A stretch of 64,000 nt of DNA from Raillietiella orientalis. Lineage: Eukaryota. Positions 1 through 10,859 of this stretch are shown in pieces; the stretch's first letter is position 1, and each line of letters starts with the position of its first letter. The stretch spans positions 2,232,001-2,296,000 of the forward strand of contig JAYWIR010000031.1 of assembly GCA_036172245.1 (NCBI GenBank). Reading direction: 5' to 3'. A program made the translations under genes and the position numbers. Below the pieces are notes generated by a model, which saw only the letters and a list, made by a program, of their open reading frames with translations, ran no database searches and was not told the origin of the DNA.

Positions 1-2085
1 AGGGGCGGATGCCTGAGATGCTGTCGCGGGGAAGAGAGCAGAGGAAGCGAGAGGGAACGGGAGGAGGCGGGAAGAACGTGGGGAGCTGGATGCTGAGCAA
101 CTGCGGGGTGGAGAAGCGATCCGACCGACGCGTGCGGCCGAGACGGACCTTCGCGAAGAGGACCGCGGGAGGGGGAGGGAGGAGAAGGACGAGGAGATAA
201 CCCCTCCTCCTTGCACGACCCGTTCGCCCCCCGTACCCCTTCTCGCTCTCTCACCCTTTCTTTTCGGACTTGCGGGATCAGGAAAGCGCTCGCAGGTGCT
301 GCAAAGGGGGAGCCAGGAAGCGGAAGCGGAAAAACGCAGGGGCACAGTCCAAGGAGGCCGGTAAGGCTCCCGTGACCATGGACGCCTGGTCTGCGAGGCG
401 GCATCCCGCGGTTCGGGCATTTGCAACCGCCGAATCGGGCGGGTCGCGGCACCTCAGTCCCAGATCTCCATGGTCTTGTTCCTCCAGGGGTATTTCGGGT
501 TCCGCGAAGCGAACCCCGGGGAGCGAATGGACCCGTTTCGCTGGGTCCAAGCGGTGGCTGGTCCGGTTTCTTAGGCATTTGTGGACCCCGGAATCCAGGC
601 GCGAGTTTCCATGGCGACGCCTTCGGCCCTCCGGAGACGGGAGGAGCATCGAACTCCCCCTCATCCCCTAGAAGATCCGTCCTCAACGGAGGAGCCCCTG
701 CTTCTACTGAGAGGCGGCGGTTTCGGGGATGAGAAGAACTCTCCACGAGTCACAGTGGAATCCGTCGTGTAGCGACGGGAGACTCCAAGCGCCAGTTCCA
801 TCTGGGAAATCATAAGCGGAGACACCCCGAAGAGGAAGGTGAGTCGTTGCCTTCAGGAAACCCAGCTTCCTCCGAGGCACGACGGAGAGATGTTCGAGAG
901 GCAGGAGAGGGCGGGGAGCGCCTGCATATATCTTGTAGGTTTCTTTCATCTCGCTTCAGCTTTTAACAGGCGGCGACAGGACGAAGGTGGGTGGGGCGGA
1001 TGATGGCGAGCGGCCACAGCAAGAGCGAGCGCGATGTGCGGGATGCGGGACCCAGGATGGGGGAGCAACGGGTCCGCAAATCGCAGATCCACCCAGAAGG
1101 TGCGCCCGCGGGACTGGGACGCGCGGGAAGGGTCGCTCCCACGCATCCCCGGTTCTCCTCGCAGCCTCCGCTAGGGGGCGACGAGACGGCCCCACGGTCC
1201 AAGGAGACTGAGCAGGAAGCATTGGGGGGCCGTGGATGGCGCCCTGCTTCTCACCCCCTCCCGACCTGCGGTGCTGCGAGACAACGGGCGAGCTGGGCGC
1301 AGCCTCCTGCTCCTCGGCAGCTTTGGCACGGAGGCGCCGGCTCGCTCGTAGGGATCCCCCACCTCCCTGGGAGCGCACTCGTCTTAGGAGGTCCTTACTG
1401 TCCTGGATTTCCCGCATCCCAGGGAGCGTTCCTGGATGCGCAACCGAGAGGATGGAAGATCCCACGGCCACGGAAAGGAGACGGCGTGTTCCCGCGATGT
1501 CGGCTAGAAGCAGCCCCTAACTGCAAAGGAGCCAAGATGAAAATTTGCGTGGGAAAGTGGGGATGGGGGAAAGGAGAAGAAAAGAGGCGTCTTGACCTCT
1601 TTGCAGCCCGTGCTTTTCTCCCTCCGTTTCTTCCTGCAGAGGCGGTTAAACCGGACGCTTGCGATGGGGCGAGCCGCAGACGTGGACCGCTGCTCGTTTC
1701 CGGAGAAGCGTCCTTTCCGAAAGCTTCCCAAAGATGCGCAGACGTTTCCATTGGGGACGCGGTGAGATCCAGAGGTTTTTTCTTTCCTCCTTCGGCGGCA
1801 CCGCGCTGCCCGAGCGGATGATCGAAGAGCTGCCAAACGGGAGGAAAGTCACGGCAAACGTGTTGTCCAGTTGACGGCACGGAGGCTCGGAGGAATCTCT
1901 CCTCTTGAAATTTTGGAAGTTCAGAGAGCGATCCGCTCCTGAGAAATGGATGGCTCCATTCGAGGACTGGCTGAAACAGGCGCCGAAGCGATTTCGGGTC
2001 CCCCCTCCGAGACGAAGATGCCTCTGACATTGGAGGAGACGAAAGACGAAAACAACAACGACGAAGACGACAAAAAAATAAATAA
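1..2085 (+). mobile_element. Degraded L1/Tx1-like LINE, ORF2 (endonuclease end, RT, post-RT) with A-rich 3' end
   Basis: Motifs occur in the expected order across frameshifts: GSWMLSN (~80; W-x-LN), GKAPVTMDAWS (~360; KxPGxDG), GPVSL (~530; RPISL), DEKNSPRV (~728; DxEKAFDRV), GADDG (~995; YADD), GEQRVRKSQI (SGxxxNxxKS), RQLWHG. AAAAAATAAATAAA lies at ~2072-2085. Confidence 0.6.
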
Positions 2086-2339
2086 ATGTCGTCTCAGTGA
2101 CCTTTATTGTGGACTGTGCTCGTGGTGACCAAATGGGAAACTTCCAAGCTGAGCAGGTTTTGCCAGTCGATCTTCACACTCTCGAGCGAGAATGAAGTGA
2201 ACCTTCATCCTTGGCCGCCGGACCGTTCTTCAGGACACGCAGGCTGGAAACCTATCCAGCAGCGAGCTTGGTTTGTGAGTGCCTACCTCCGCTAGTGACC
2301 TCTTTGCTTTTGCTCTTGCACTAGAGAGTCAGAGATAAG

Positions 2340-4520
2340 AGAAAGATGGCGCGTTTGCTTTCCAACTCAGGAGCAACAGCAGGCTGCCTGAAAGCGAACC
2401 CCGCGTTGCCTGGCGCGATTCGTGGAAAAGGGTCACCGTCGCCACGAAGTTTAAAAGAATCGGTTTCCACCATCCATCGCCGGTGTGCGGGCGATCCGCC
2501 TCGCGAGGCTCGCCACCAGTCCGTGATTCCGCCTGCTCAGCCACGCTGCTTGTGGGTTTGGTGAGGGTCACAAGTTTGCCGGTTGCAGGCAGGCAAAGGT
2601 CGTGCAGACCCATCCCACTCGCTCGAACCTGCAGCTCTCTCATTCGGGGATTTCCTCTCTGTTTCCTGCTTGACTCCGCACGTCGCGCGGGTAGAAAGGT
2701 CAACCTCAGCCTTCCAGGGCTTTGGCTAGACAGACCTGTGCCCAGTCGCTCGAAATGAGTTCTAGAGGAGCATCCGATAGATGTTTCGGTGTGGAACGAC
2801 GCCGTCGTTATGCCGAGCTGGATCAGCGGACCTCTGGAAGTCCCTTGGACAGAGCGAAATGCACAGCGCGAGGTTCCTACACCTCTCCTCTTCTCTGCTG
2901 TGCACCTTCCGGAACCTGCTTTCGGATGCTTGCCGACAACTTGCGCGAAATGGCCCGATTTCTTATTTGTATGGGCGTCGCCCACCGGAGATGGCGCCGA
3001 CCGCGTGCGAGGCGCGGGAGGAGTCCCGCGTCCGCATCCGCAACGACTGCGTCCAAGAGGGGGAGGCGCGTTGACGAGCCGGCATCCCGGGTCAGGAGAC
3101 CTTGACCCGGTGTCAGTGGTCTCCAGTCAGCCCCGTTCCCGGAACACGATCGAAACTCCCACCGGACGTCGCACTCCAGGGTGACGGGAAGGGGGGAGCA
3201 GCAGCAGCAAACTCCGCCTGCCCCTAAGAATTCCCCACGAAAGCTCCGGAAGAGGCCAGGCGGAAGGGCGAGAACGGTGGGCTGCGTCCTGGGCGATAGA
3301 GGAGCACCAGCATCCCTCAAGGCGGTCGTCCCGGCCCCCTAAAAGCGACCGTGGGGATGCACCAGGAAGGGAACAGGTTTCTCCAGCGCGCGCCTTCCCA
3401 CTCAGATGCACTGGAAGCCCAGGATGGACCGCCGCCCAAGATGAGACCGAGACCTCGAGCGGAAGGCAGTCAGAAGGTGAAGACGGTCCAGCATCTCCTC
3501 ATCATCGGTCGCCGCACCCAGCAAGTCACGTGTGAAGGATGGATGCATTTTTCAGCAGCCTCCTGCGCTCTGCCGGTGCCCTCCCGAAAGGGGAGGCACG
3601 CGTCCGGCATGCCCTCCTTTTCTCAAGGCGAGGAGTCGGACCGCAACGCCAATGGGTGTCCTTCGGCCGCTGTCTCCTCCTCCTCGGCGATTCTTTGGCC
3701 CGTCGGCGCTTTCCCGCGACGCGCGCGGGGATCCAGGGGCTTCCCCGTCCGCCGCTAGAAGGCAGTACGTGGGCCTTCCCGGGAGGGAGCAAAGCAGGGA
3801 GTGCGCGCAGCCGTCACCCCACGTGCTACGCGACGGCGAAGGATCTGTTCCGGGGGCATCCGGGGTGGCTGGGGAGCCCCGCCAAGGTGGTTCCGTGTTC
3901 CACATCCCTATGAGCGCGCGGTGTCGGGTGGTCAGGTCCGATGGTCTCCGCCGGGAAGGGCAGTGGCTCTGGGTGGTGCAGCAACGGGAAAGACCGCCGC
4001 GGGAGATCCGCGGTCTCTGACGGCCGACGGCCCACCCGTCGGCGCCTTCGTTCTTCGCATGGGCAGGGGATGCCACGTGCAATTGGAAGCTCTGGACTCT
4101 TCGTTCGCCCTTTCCTTTGCGGAGGAAGGGGCGGGGGGAGGTCCCCAGGCGAGGGTTTTCGAGCGAGCAGGGTGGAGCGGGTGGGGTCCTCCACCCGCTC
4201 AGCCTCACCGGCTCTCTCGACTTTCCCCCTTTTCGCTCCGAAATCTCTCTGCAGTGCTCCAGGGGTCCGCAGCCACGAGGGACGCTGCGGCATCCTCCCG
4301 GATGCGCATCGTCATCAGGACAGGGAAGTTAGGCAGGAGAGAGCCCTTAGGAAGGCGGGCCCAGGTCTCCCCCGAAGCGAGGTAGCAGCTGCTCCATGCT
4401 GGCTCCCGTCATGGACAGCAGCACCCTCGCGGAGGGAGGAATGGGGAGAGGGTGGGTTCCTTCCCGAGCGCGTTCTCCCGTCCGCTCGCGCGCACCCCGC
4501 AACGTCCCTCGGAAGCGCAA
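2340..4520 (+). mobile_element. Degraded R2-group (RLE-type) non-LTR retrotransposon, N-terminal region to early RT
   Basis: RRQYVGL..EQSRECAQ..VLRDG (~3760-3840) resembles R2 RRxxYAxxQxLxxxxxxxCAxxxLxG. It is followed by WSPP, SAVSDG (SAPGPDG-like, ~4010), VLHPLSL (RPIS-like, ~4190) and a GF..EG-like stretch. Cys/His remnants lie upstream. Confidence 0.5.
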
Positions 4521-4859
4521 GGGATGGAATCAGACTCCAGTCTAGCTCCCGGGCAACAGGGAGGCTGCCGAGCAGGGCCGGTCGGAAGTCTCCTCGCGGG
4601 CGGGTGCGCCCTTCGAGGGAGGAACGCCTGCAGAGGTCGAACCCCCGGGCAGCGGGTCCCGGTCCCTCGGCTTGAGGAAAGTCGCTTCCCCCTTCCCCGT
4701 TGGTCGTTCCCCCTGCATCTCTCGATGCTCCCGCTCGAAAGCGGGGATTACCGCTACCCTCCTTCGCTTTCCTTTTCTTCCCCTTTTCCTCTCCCCACTA
4801 CCGCAGGAGGGGAGGAGAGGGGAAGATGCCCTGCGCGTCTAGTCGCGAACTTCCCGTGA

Positions 4860-5800
4860 CCACGGTAACAGATGCTCGCTTCCTTCTCGCGTTGCTGTGG
4901 TATCTATCACCTGGTCTCTTCCGGAGTTTCCGTGGGATTCGTAATGGCAGGCGGCGTTTGGCACGGCTGCTCCCCTCCCTCGTCACCTTGGAGCGTCGTC
5001 ATCCGGTGGGAGGTTCGATCTTGTTCCGGGAATGGGTTGACAGAAGGCCACCGACACCAGTCAAGGTCTCCTGACCCAGGCTGCCGGCCCTCGTGGAGTC
5101 CCGCGCTTCCGTCGAGGAGGAGAGTGGGGGGTTAGAAGGGAGGGAGCGCGTCCTACCTGCAGCTCCGAAGAGTGAAGAGTTTCCTCCTCGTCCGCTGGTC
5201 CGGGTGACTGCTTGGATCCCGGCTCACCTTGGAGACGACTCTCCAGGCGGGAGAGGAACGGAATGTGTCGGTCGCGCGTCCCCTTCCGGCATAGACTTCC
5301 GGGACGCCTGCCTGGCTGCTCCGTGAAGGGGGGCAGCGAAGCCACAAGAGGAACCTTCCAGGGGAGCTGCGGCGTCGCTCGAGACCTCTTCCTCACTCCT
5401 GATGGGATGCGCCCTCTGGTACCAGCCTGCTGCAGCCCTTCGAAGCCCTGGTGTCCTGGCGCAGTTCATATAGCTCGCGAAGGTGCTCGTCACGCGCAAG
5501 GTGGTTGGTCGCCAGCAGCGCCATCTGGTTGCGCTGCTCGCGCGTGGGAAGGCGGCAGCGGCGCCGTGTCCCCCGTCGCCTGGCTCTCTAGGAGCAACGC
5601 CATCTGATTTTTCAACGGCAGCTTCCTGCGCACGCGCGCGTCCTCCGGCTGGCGCCGCGGACGGAACCTCGGAAAGTGGCTGATAGCCCGACGGGGCTGT
5701 TGGCTCTCGCGTCCAGTGGAGTGGCTGATCACCCCGTCGGCCCATGCTATGGTAGGGAGCTCCATGTGGCCGCGCGCACAGCTCAGAGCCGAGCGGTATT
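4860..5800 (-). mobile_element. Second, inverted copy of the same R2-group N-terminal region
   Basis: 4910-5110 is clearly homologous to the reverse complement of ~3060-3260 (e.g. CAAGGTCTCCTGACCC vs GGGTCAGGAGACCTTG). A zinc-finger-end-like GL...QRAHP is on the minus strand. Confidence 0.55.
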
Positions 5801-5861
5801 TCCTGAGAGAAGGCGTCGGGATCTGCTTTCAGGGACGCCGCTCTTGAACTTTTGGCGAAGA

Positions 5862-6540
5862 GCGTGCAGATCAGGGAACGAGTGCAGATCAGGACTGATG
5901 GAAATAATCCTGTGTTCTTTTTCTGTCTTCGCTGTTTTCTTCCAGCTTTGTTTTTTTTTTTTTTTTTCGGGTTTTCATTTTTTTGGTTCGCTCACGAGCC
6001 GTCGCGCCCCTGGCGGCGGCTCACGCAGCTCTTTCTCGCTGCTCCACGCTACCTGAAGGTGCGTGTAATTCTTCAAGATAGGGGGTGCCCCTAGAGACGA
6101 CCTCGCTATAAATCCAGGACAGGCTCGTAATCCGTTCCTCTCACGCCTAGGGAGGGATCACCGGAATAGAGATCACTTCCATTCTGGTTGTCTCCGAAGG
6201 GAACCCCGAAGGGAAATCTTCCTTATTCTCCGAAAAGGGACCCTCGGAATGGGGATCCGCTCCTTTGCACAACCGGAGTAGAAACTCTCCCCCATTCCTT
6301 GATTCCTGGAACGACCCGAAGTTCGACTCCCATTGTCCCGGCCCTCCTCGGGGGCAACCGGTTCGAAGCGCTACCAGTGCCTCACCCGGATGAATGTAGG
6401 CCAACCAGCGTCATTTTTCAGGAGGAACTCGAACCCACGAAGCACTTCCCTCTCTCAGAGTCGATTCTTCCTGGGTGGGATTCGATCACTCGACGCTTGG
6501 AGCCACGCGTGGAGACCGTAACCACATGCCCTCCGACGGG
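5862..6540 (-). mobile_element. tRNA-derived SINE, copy A
   Basis: The minus-strand head reads CCCGTCGGAGGGCATGTGG...GATCGAATCCCACC, with a second B-box GGGTTCGAGTTCC. Body and tail align with 36405-37081, and the tail carries a CCTGATCTGCAC duplication. Confidence 0.75.
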
Positions 6541-6820
6541 CCGACGGGTTCGTGGGTTTTTTTTTCTCTGTTTTTTTTTCTTTTTTACCCACACGAGTTC
6601 TTTGGAGGAATCCTCCAATGTTTTCACCATCCGGGCATCTGACGGAAGGGTTTCTTATCCAGTTTGAAGAGCGTGCTAAGGTAAATGCCTGGGGCAGGGA
6701 GAGAGCAAAGTGTCGAGGGATCCCCCCCCCCCATCCTTCGCGGCCCCCTCCGATTGCCTGAATTCTTTAGGACTACTGGTCTGTTATTGGAGAAGTTTCG
6801 TGGTAACTGTATCAAAGATC

Positions 6821-7085
6821 CGCCCGCGTTGGCGGCCGTGTGGCTGCGATCTTCGCGCCCGGTGACAAGTGCAGAGGGTTCGAATCCCACCTGAGGAAGG
6901 ATCGAAGCCGAGAGAAAAAAAAGGGTGTCGTGGGTTTCGAGTTCCCCCTCAGGGCTGGTTCACGGGCTTCGGGTGCGGCACCAGTGGGGATGACCGGCCG
7001 GGATGAGAAGTTGACCCTTTAGGGTTCTTCCAGGAATCAAGGAGCCGGCTCCCTTCGCCCCTCCCCTCCCCATTCTCAGGGAAAT
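6821..7085 (+). mobile_element. tRNA-derived SINE, copy F (5' part only)
   Basis: GCCCGCGTTGGCGGCCGTGTGG (A-box-like) is followed by GGTTCGAATCCCACC (B-box), a second B-box GGGTTTCGAGTTCCCC at ~6932, and the body motif CCAGGAATCAAGGAG shared with the other copies. Confidence 0.75.
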
Positions 7086-7099
7086 CCTCCATCGAGTAC

Positions 7100-7590
7100 C
7101 ATGGAGCTGGTTCATTGATACCTCTCTAGAGCATCAAGAAGTGCATCAAAGGTCTTGATGAAGTGGCATTCTTGGCCTGTTTGGTGGTTCCAGTAGGTCT
7201 CGATCTTGGCTGCCGCTCGTCATCTCCCTTTTCAAGGTCCGGTTCGCCTCGTAGGGTTTCAATTTGCCGGAGGATCCTGTTTTCCAGATCCAGCGCTTGG
7301 AGGGATTCCGGATACGCGGGCACACGCCTGGAGGCACAATGCGCAGCCAGACTCCGCCTCGCTTCCCCAATGCTTCTGGGCTTTCGGAAAGGCGAGCGAT
7401 ATCGGGGTCGTCCACTCACACTTCGTCCTGTAGCGCCAGGTCAGGTCGGAGGCTGGAGTCTGTCCGGAGACCGACTGCGTCTCCCCGTACTCTGCTGTCA
7501 TTCTTTCGGCCTCGCCAGCGAGTTGGTCCGCGGCGCTTGGCGACTATGCCGCTGCTAACCTTGCAGTGGTTTGCCACCCGGATTTGCCAG
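7100..7590 (-). mobile_element. 5' UTR and start of ORF1 of a Tx1-like LINE, directly downstream of the 3' end of the next copy
   Basis: Shares GGCMAAYCCGKGTGGMAA and CAGCAGAGTAC with 22042-22097. ARVSGIPP is an ORF1-like motif. Confidence 0.45.
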
Positions 7591-10500
7591 GATATTTATC
7601 ATAAAAAATTCTAATAAAAGTCGTTAGTTTCATTTCTGTGGTAGAACACTTGGTCCTACCACGCGCGACATCGGTACGCAGACCGGTGAGGGCCGCTCCA
7701 GCGGCGAAGGGGAAAAAACAACCAAAAAGACAAAAAAAGGAGGGAGGGAGAAGTTTCTCGGGGAAAGGGGGGCGGGGAAGGAAATACTACTCCACAGGAA
7801 AGTCCTGTGCAGGACGCTGACAAGTGCTGTTTTCACATTGCCCAGGTGGGGCCATGTCGACGCGGTCTTCACAAAGATCCTCATCCAATGGGTGGCACCC
7901 CTCTCCTTTTGGACTCTTCTTGTTGCGTTCCAGGTTGCCACGATTCCGCGTACACAGCAGAGAGCTGCTGGAGATGCGGCTGGCGGCAGGCGTCACGCAT
8001 GAAGAGGCGCCGGAAAATACTCCTGGGGCCTCCTTCCGTGATTTTAAGGAGCAAAGAGAGTCGATCCCAAAGGGTTCAGAGGGCGACACAGGTGAGGGAA
8101 GGTCTCTTTCCCTCCTCAATTGGGATTCACACTCCCCCGTGTCCAATGATGGAGGTGCGCTTTGCATGGGATTCCCCAATGCAAAAACAGTAGCGCCACT
8201 TCTTGCCACTTGAGGGGGAGGGTGCCACTGTCCCAGCACGCTGGGGTCCACTTCACCTCCTCCGGTATCGTGAGCAGCTCGCCCCAGCGTCAAAGTCCCT
8301 TCGACGGGACACTCGGGGTCTCAGCATCCGCTGGCTGCCGAGTTGTCCACGCACTTGAAAGTTTTTTCCTGCCTTCGATACAGAGGACACTTCCCACTTT
8401 GCCGGTAGATTGCTGTCCCCCGCGTTTTTTAGGGAGGGCAGCACTAGGACAAGGGGAGTGAACGAGGCCCACAGCAGTTTGCGTGGGTTCTGCACGATCT
8501 CCCGCGGGGGCTGTCGGGAGTGGCTCCCTTTCCGGAGGCAGGAGTACTCCGCCTCGCTCGAGCCGTGGATCTTTCCCCGTGCTGAAACTGACTCCTGAAG
8601 CCAGGCAGTGCAGTTCGCGGGCAGGCAGGAGATCCATGTGTTTCCCTGCACCAAGGCAACCAATCGACGCAGATGATGGTCACATTGCCTCAGGGTGGTG
8701 TCGTTGGCCACGAGGATCGAGGTCCATCCTTCGCAGCCGGTCGCTCTTCTGGTGAGGAGGCGTGCAGGCGCGCTCCAAGGTGTTGTCCAAAACTTCGCCG
8801 CAAGGGCATCTTCTGAATTGGAGCTGTCTCTCCATCCGCTCCATAGTAAGGAGGCCCAGTCCACCATCCTTACGCAAAGCACACAAGCCTTTTAAGCAAA
8901 CTCGTGACCTCCCTGTGGCCCATAGGGCTTCCTTAGGAAGTCCTCGGTTCTATTCCTGATGTTGGGCGGGACAGGGCAAACAAAAAGTTGGTGGCGGAGG
9001 AGAAGAGCCGCAAACGCGTTTTACACCGCGGTCCGCTCCTGCAAGTAGAACTTGTCGTTCTGGAACGGGCCGAGAGCCACACCCCTCCCACCCACTTTTT
9101 GAAGACGAGGTTAGACAGATGGCCATGTCTTTCAGAAACGAAGCTGGAAATCTGCAGCCTGCTACTGAGGGTGCGCGTCGGAGACTTCGGATTTCGAGTG
9201 CCTTTCCGAACATTCTCACTCCGTGCTGCTGCTGCTGCCGCAGCTCGCACCGACAGCGGATCGAACCACGGAGAGCATTCGGAGGACCACGGGTGATTTC
9301 CTGTAAAGAAGTGGCCACACTGCTGTGATTCCCAGCCATTCAGGATGTGGCTCTGCCCCTGATCTAGATGTTCCCTCGTTCTCTTGCTTTGGGGCGTGTT
9401 TACCTTAGCAGTGGATTCTTCAAATGCCCTCGGTGCTCGGAAGGTGAACGCTCCGGCTGTTATTTTGAATCCACCACCTTCGAAGGTCCATTCCTCTTGC
9501 ATTTTCCCTGGCGCTGGTTAGTTACTTCCGCCCATATGCTGCGTGGGTCACCACTTAGCCGACGAAGTCCAGACACCTCGCCGCTCCTCCCATCAGCGCT
9601 CCGGGACTTCAAGTGCTCAGGAAACCATCACATGGCTTGCACAGTGACTCGAGGAGACAGGACTTCTCTGTCCCCCCTCCCCTTTTCCTCCCCCTATGGA
9701 TCGACCAAGAAGAAGCGAGTGAACGCAAGGTGCTCCCATGATGTGTTCGGCGATCTAATTGCCAGAGGATGAAGAAGGTCTGGTCCCATCTTCATTCTAT
9801 AAGGAAGAAGCAAAGTCCAGCAACCTGCTCCTTCGCAAACGCACGTCTGACTTCGTCCCGGTCCTTCTCATCCAGCGTAGAAGAGCACCTGTGCCGAACA
9901 GTGGGAGAGAGCAGATTGAACCTTCACTCTCCATCTTTGCATCGTGGCGGACGAGATGGAGTGGGCACGCTGGTGATGCGCAGCCTTCTAGCTGCCTCCC
10001 TCCGCCACATCGGAGAACCGAGACGTTCCTCTTGGCCCCATCGCAGGAACGGCGGTGACCTGGGCCTTCTTCCGCACCATCGGGGTTTCCTGCTGCACCC
10101 GGAGTTCTCTCGGAGGCTTTGCTCTGGAGGAGCGAACGAAAACCTCCGAATGGGACGAGAGCGAAGGCACGCCTCGCCTCGTGGCACGGCTCGAGGATTC
10201 CTCACGACCATCAACCTCCCATGGGCTCGTGCAGTCCTCCCGGGACGCACCTACTGAGAGCGCGGCGCGGTTCGGAGAGGGAACGGGAAGCGCAAGCACT
10301 CGACGGCGGCCGGCGCGAGAGCAGAGTGCGGCGCGCGTGCGATGCCGCGGACCGGAGTGTGTGCGCGCGCGCGGATGTGCCGCGCACCGCGTCGGTATCC
10401 CCAAACGGGAAAGTTGCGAACCGGGTAGTTTCGCTGAAGGACTCCATCGGGTTCTGTCCGGCGCATGGGAATCAGGAGCAGGAAGCTTCGTAAGGAGTTC

Positions 10501-10780
10501 TGAGAGAGGAAACGAGAGCGTGGAGGTTTCCCTGACGACATCCCACGTGCCCCGAGATGAGCGTGAATGCAGGAACACGTACGTTCAGCATGATGTCGCT
10601 CGCACGTCTGAAAGGATCCCTCTCTGCGTGCCACGTGTGCAGAATTTCAAGCGTGAGAAAACAGCTTCCCCTTCGTCTTCTCCTTTCTCTGCAGCTCCGG
10701 ACAGGAAGAGCTTCCTGAATCCAAACGTCGCAGCCCGAAGGCAAACCCATCCTGGAAATGCTGGCGAACATGGCGTTCAG
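7591..10780 (-). mobile_element. Degraded Tx1-like LINE ORF2 plus 3' UTR (family with the 3' hairpin)
   Basis: Motifs: FPFGDTDAV (FSDHxAV-like, ~10400), DQTFFI (~9780), HAAYG (YADD position), FEESTAKVNTPQSK, FWTTPWSAPARL. The 7600-8880 part aligns with 20810-22035 and 23160-23795. Confidence 0.7.
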
Positions 10781-10859
10781 AAGATTCCGGGAGGGATTTT
10801 TTTTTTTATTATTATTATTCTTTTTTTTCTTCCTTCCTCCGCGACAAAGCTGGAAATAC

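Noticed and set aside
2100..2340. HDV-like ribozyme at the 5' end of the R2-group element
   Set aside because: The position is plausible, but I could not build the nested double pseudoknot by eye; it needs a covariance-model search.
6821..6895. Functional tRNA gene
   Set aside because: It has A/B boxes but no clean cloverleaf or anticodon arm, and it continues into a repeated SINE body.
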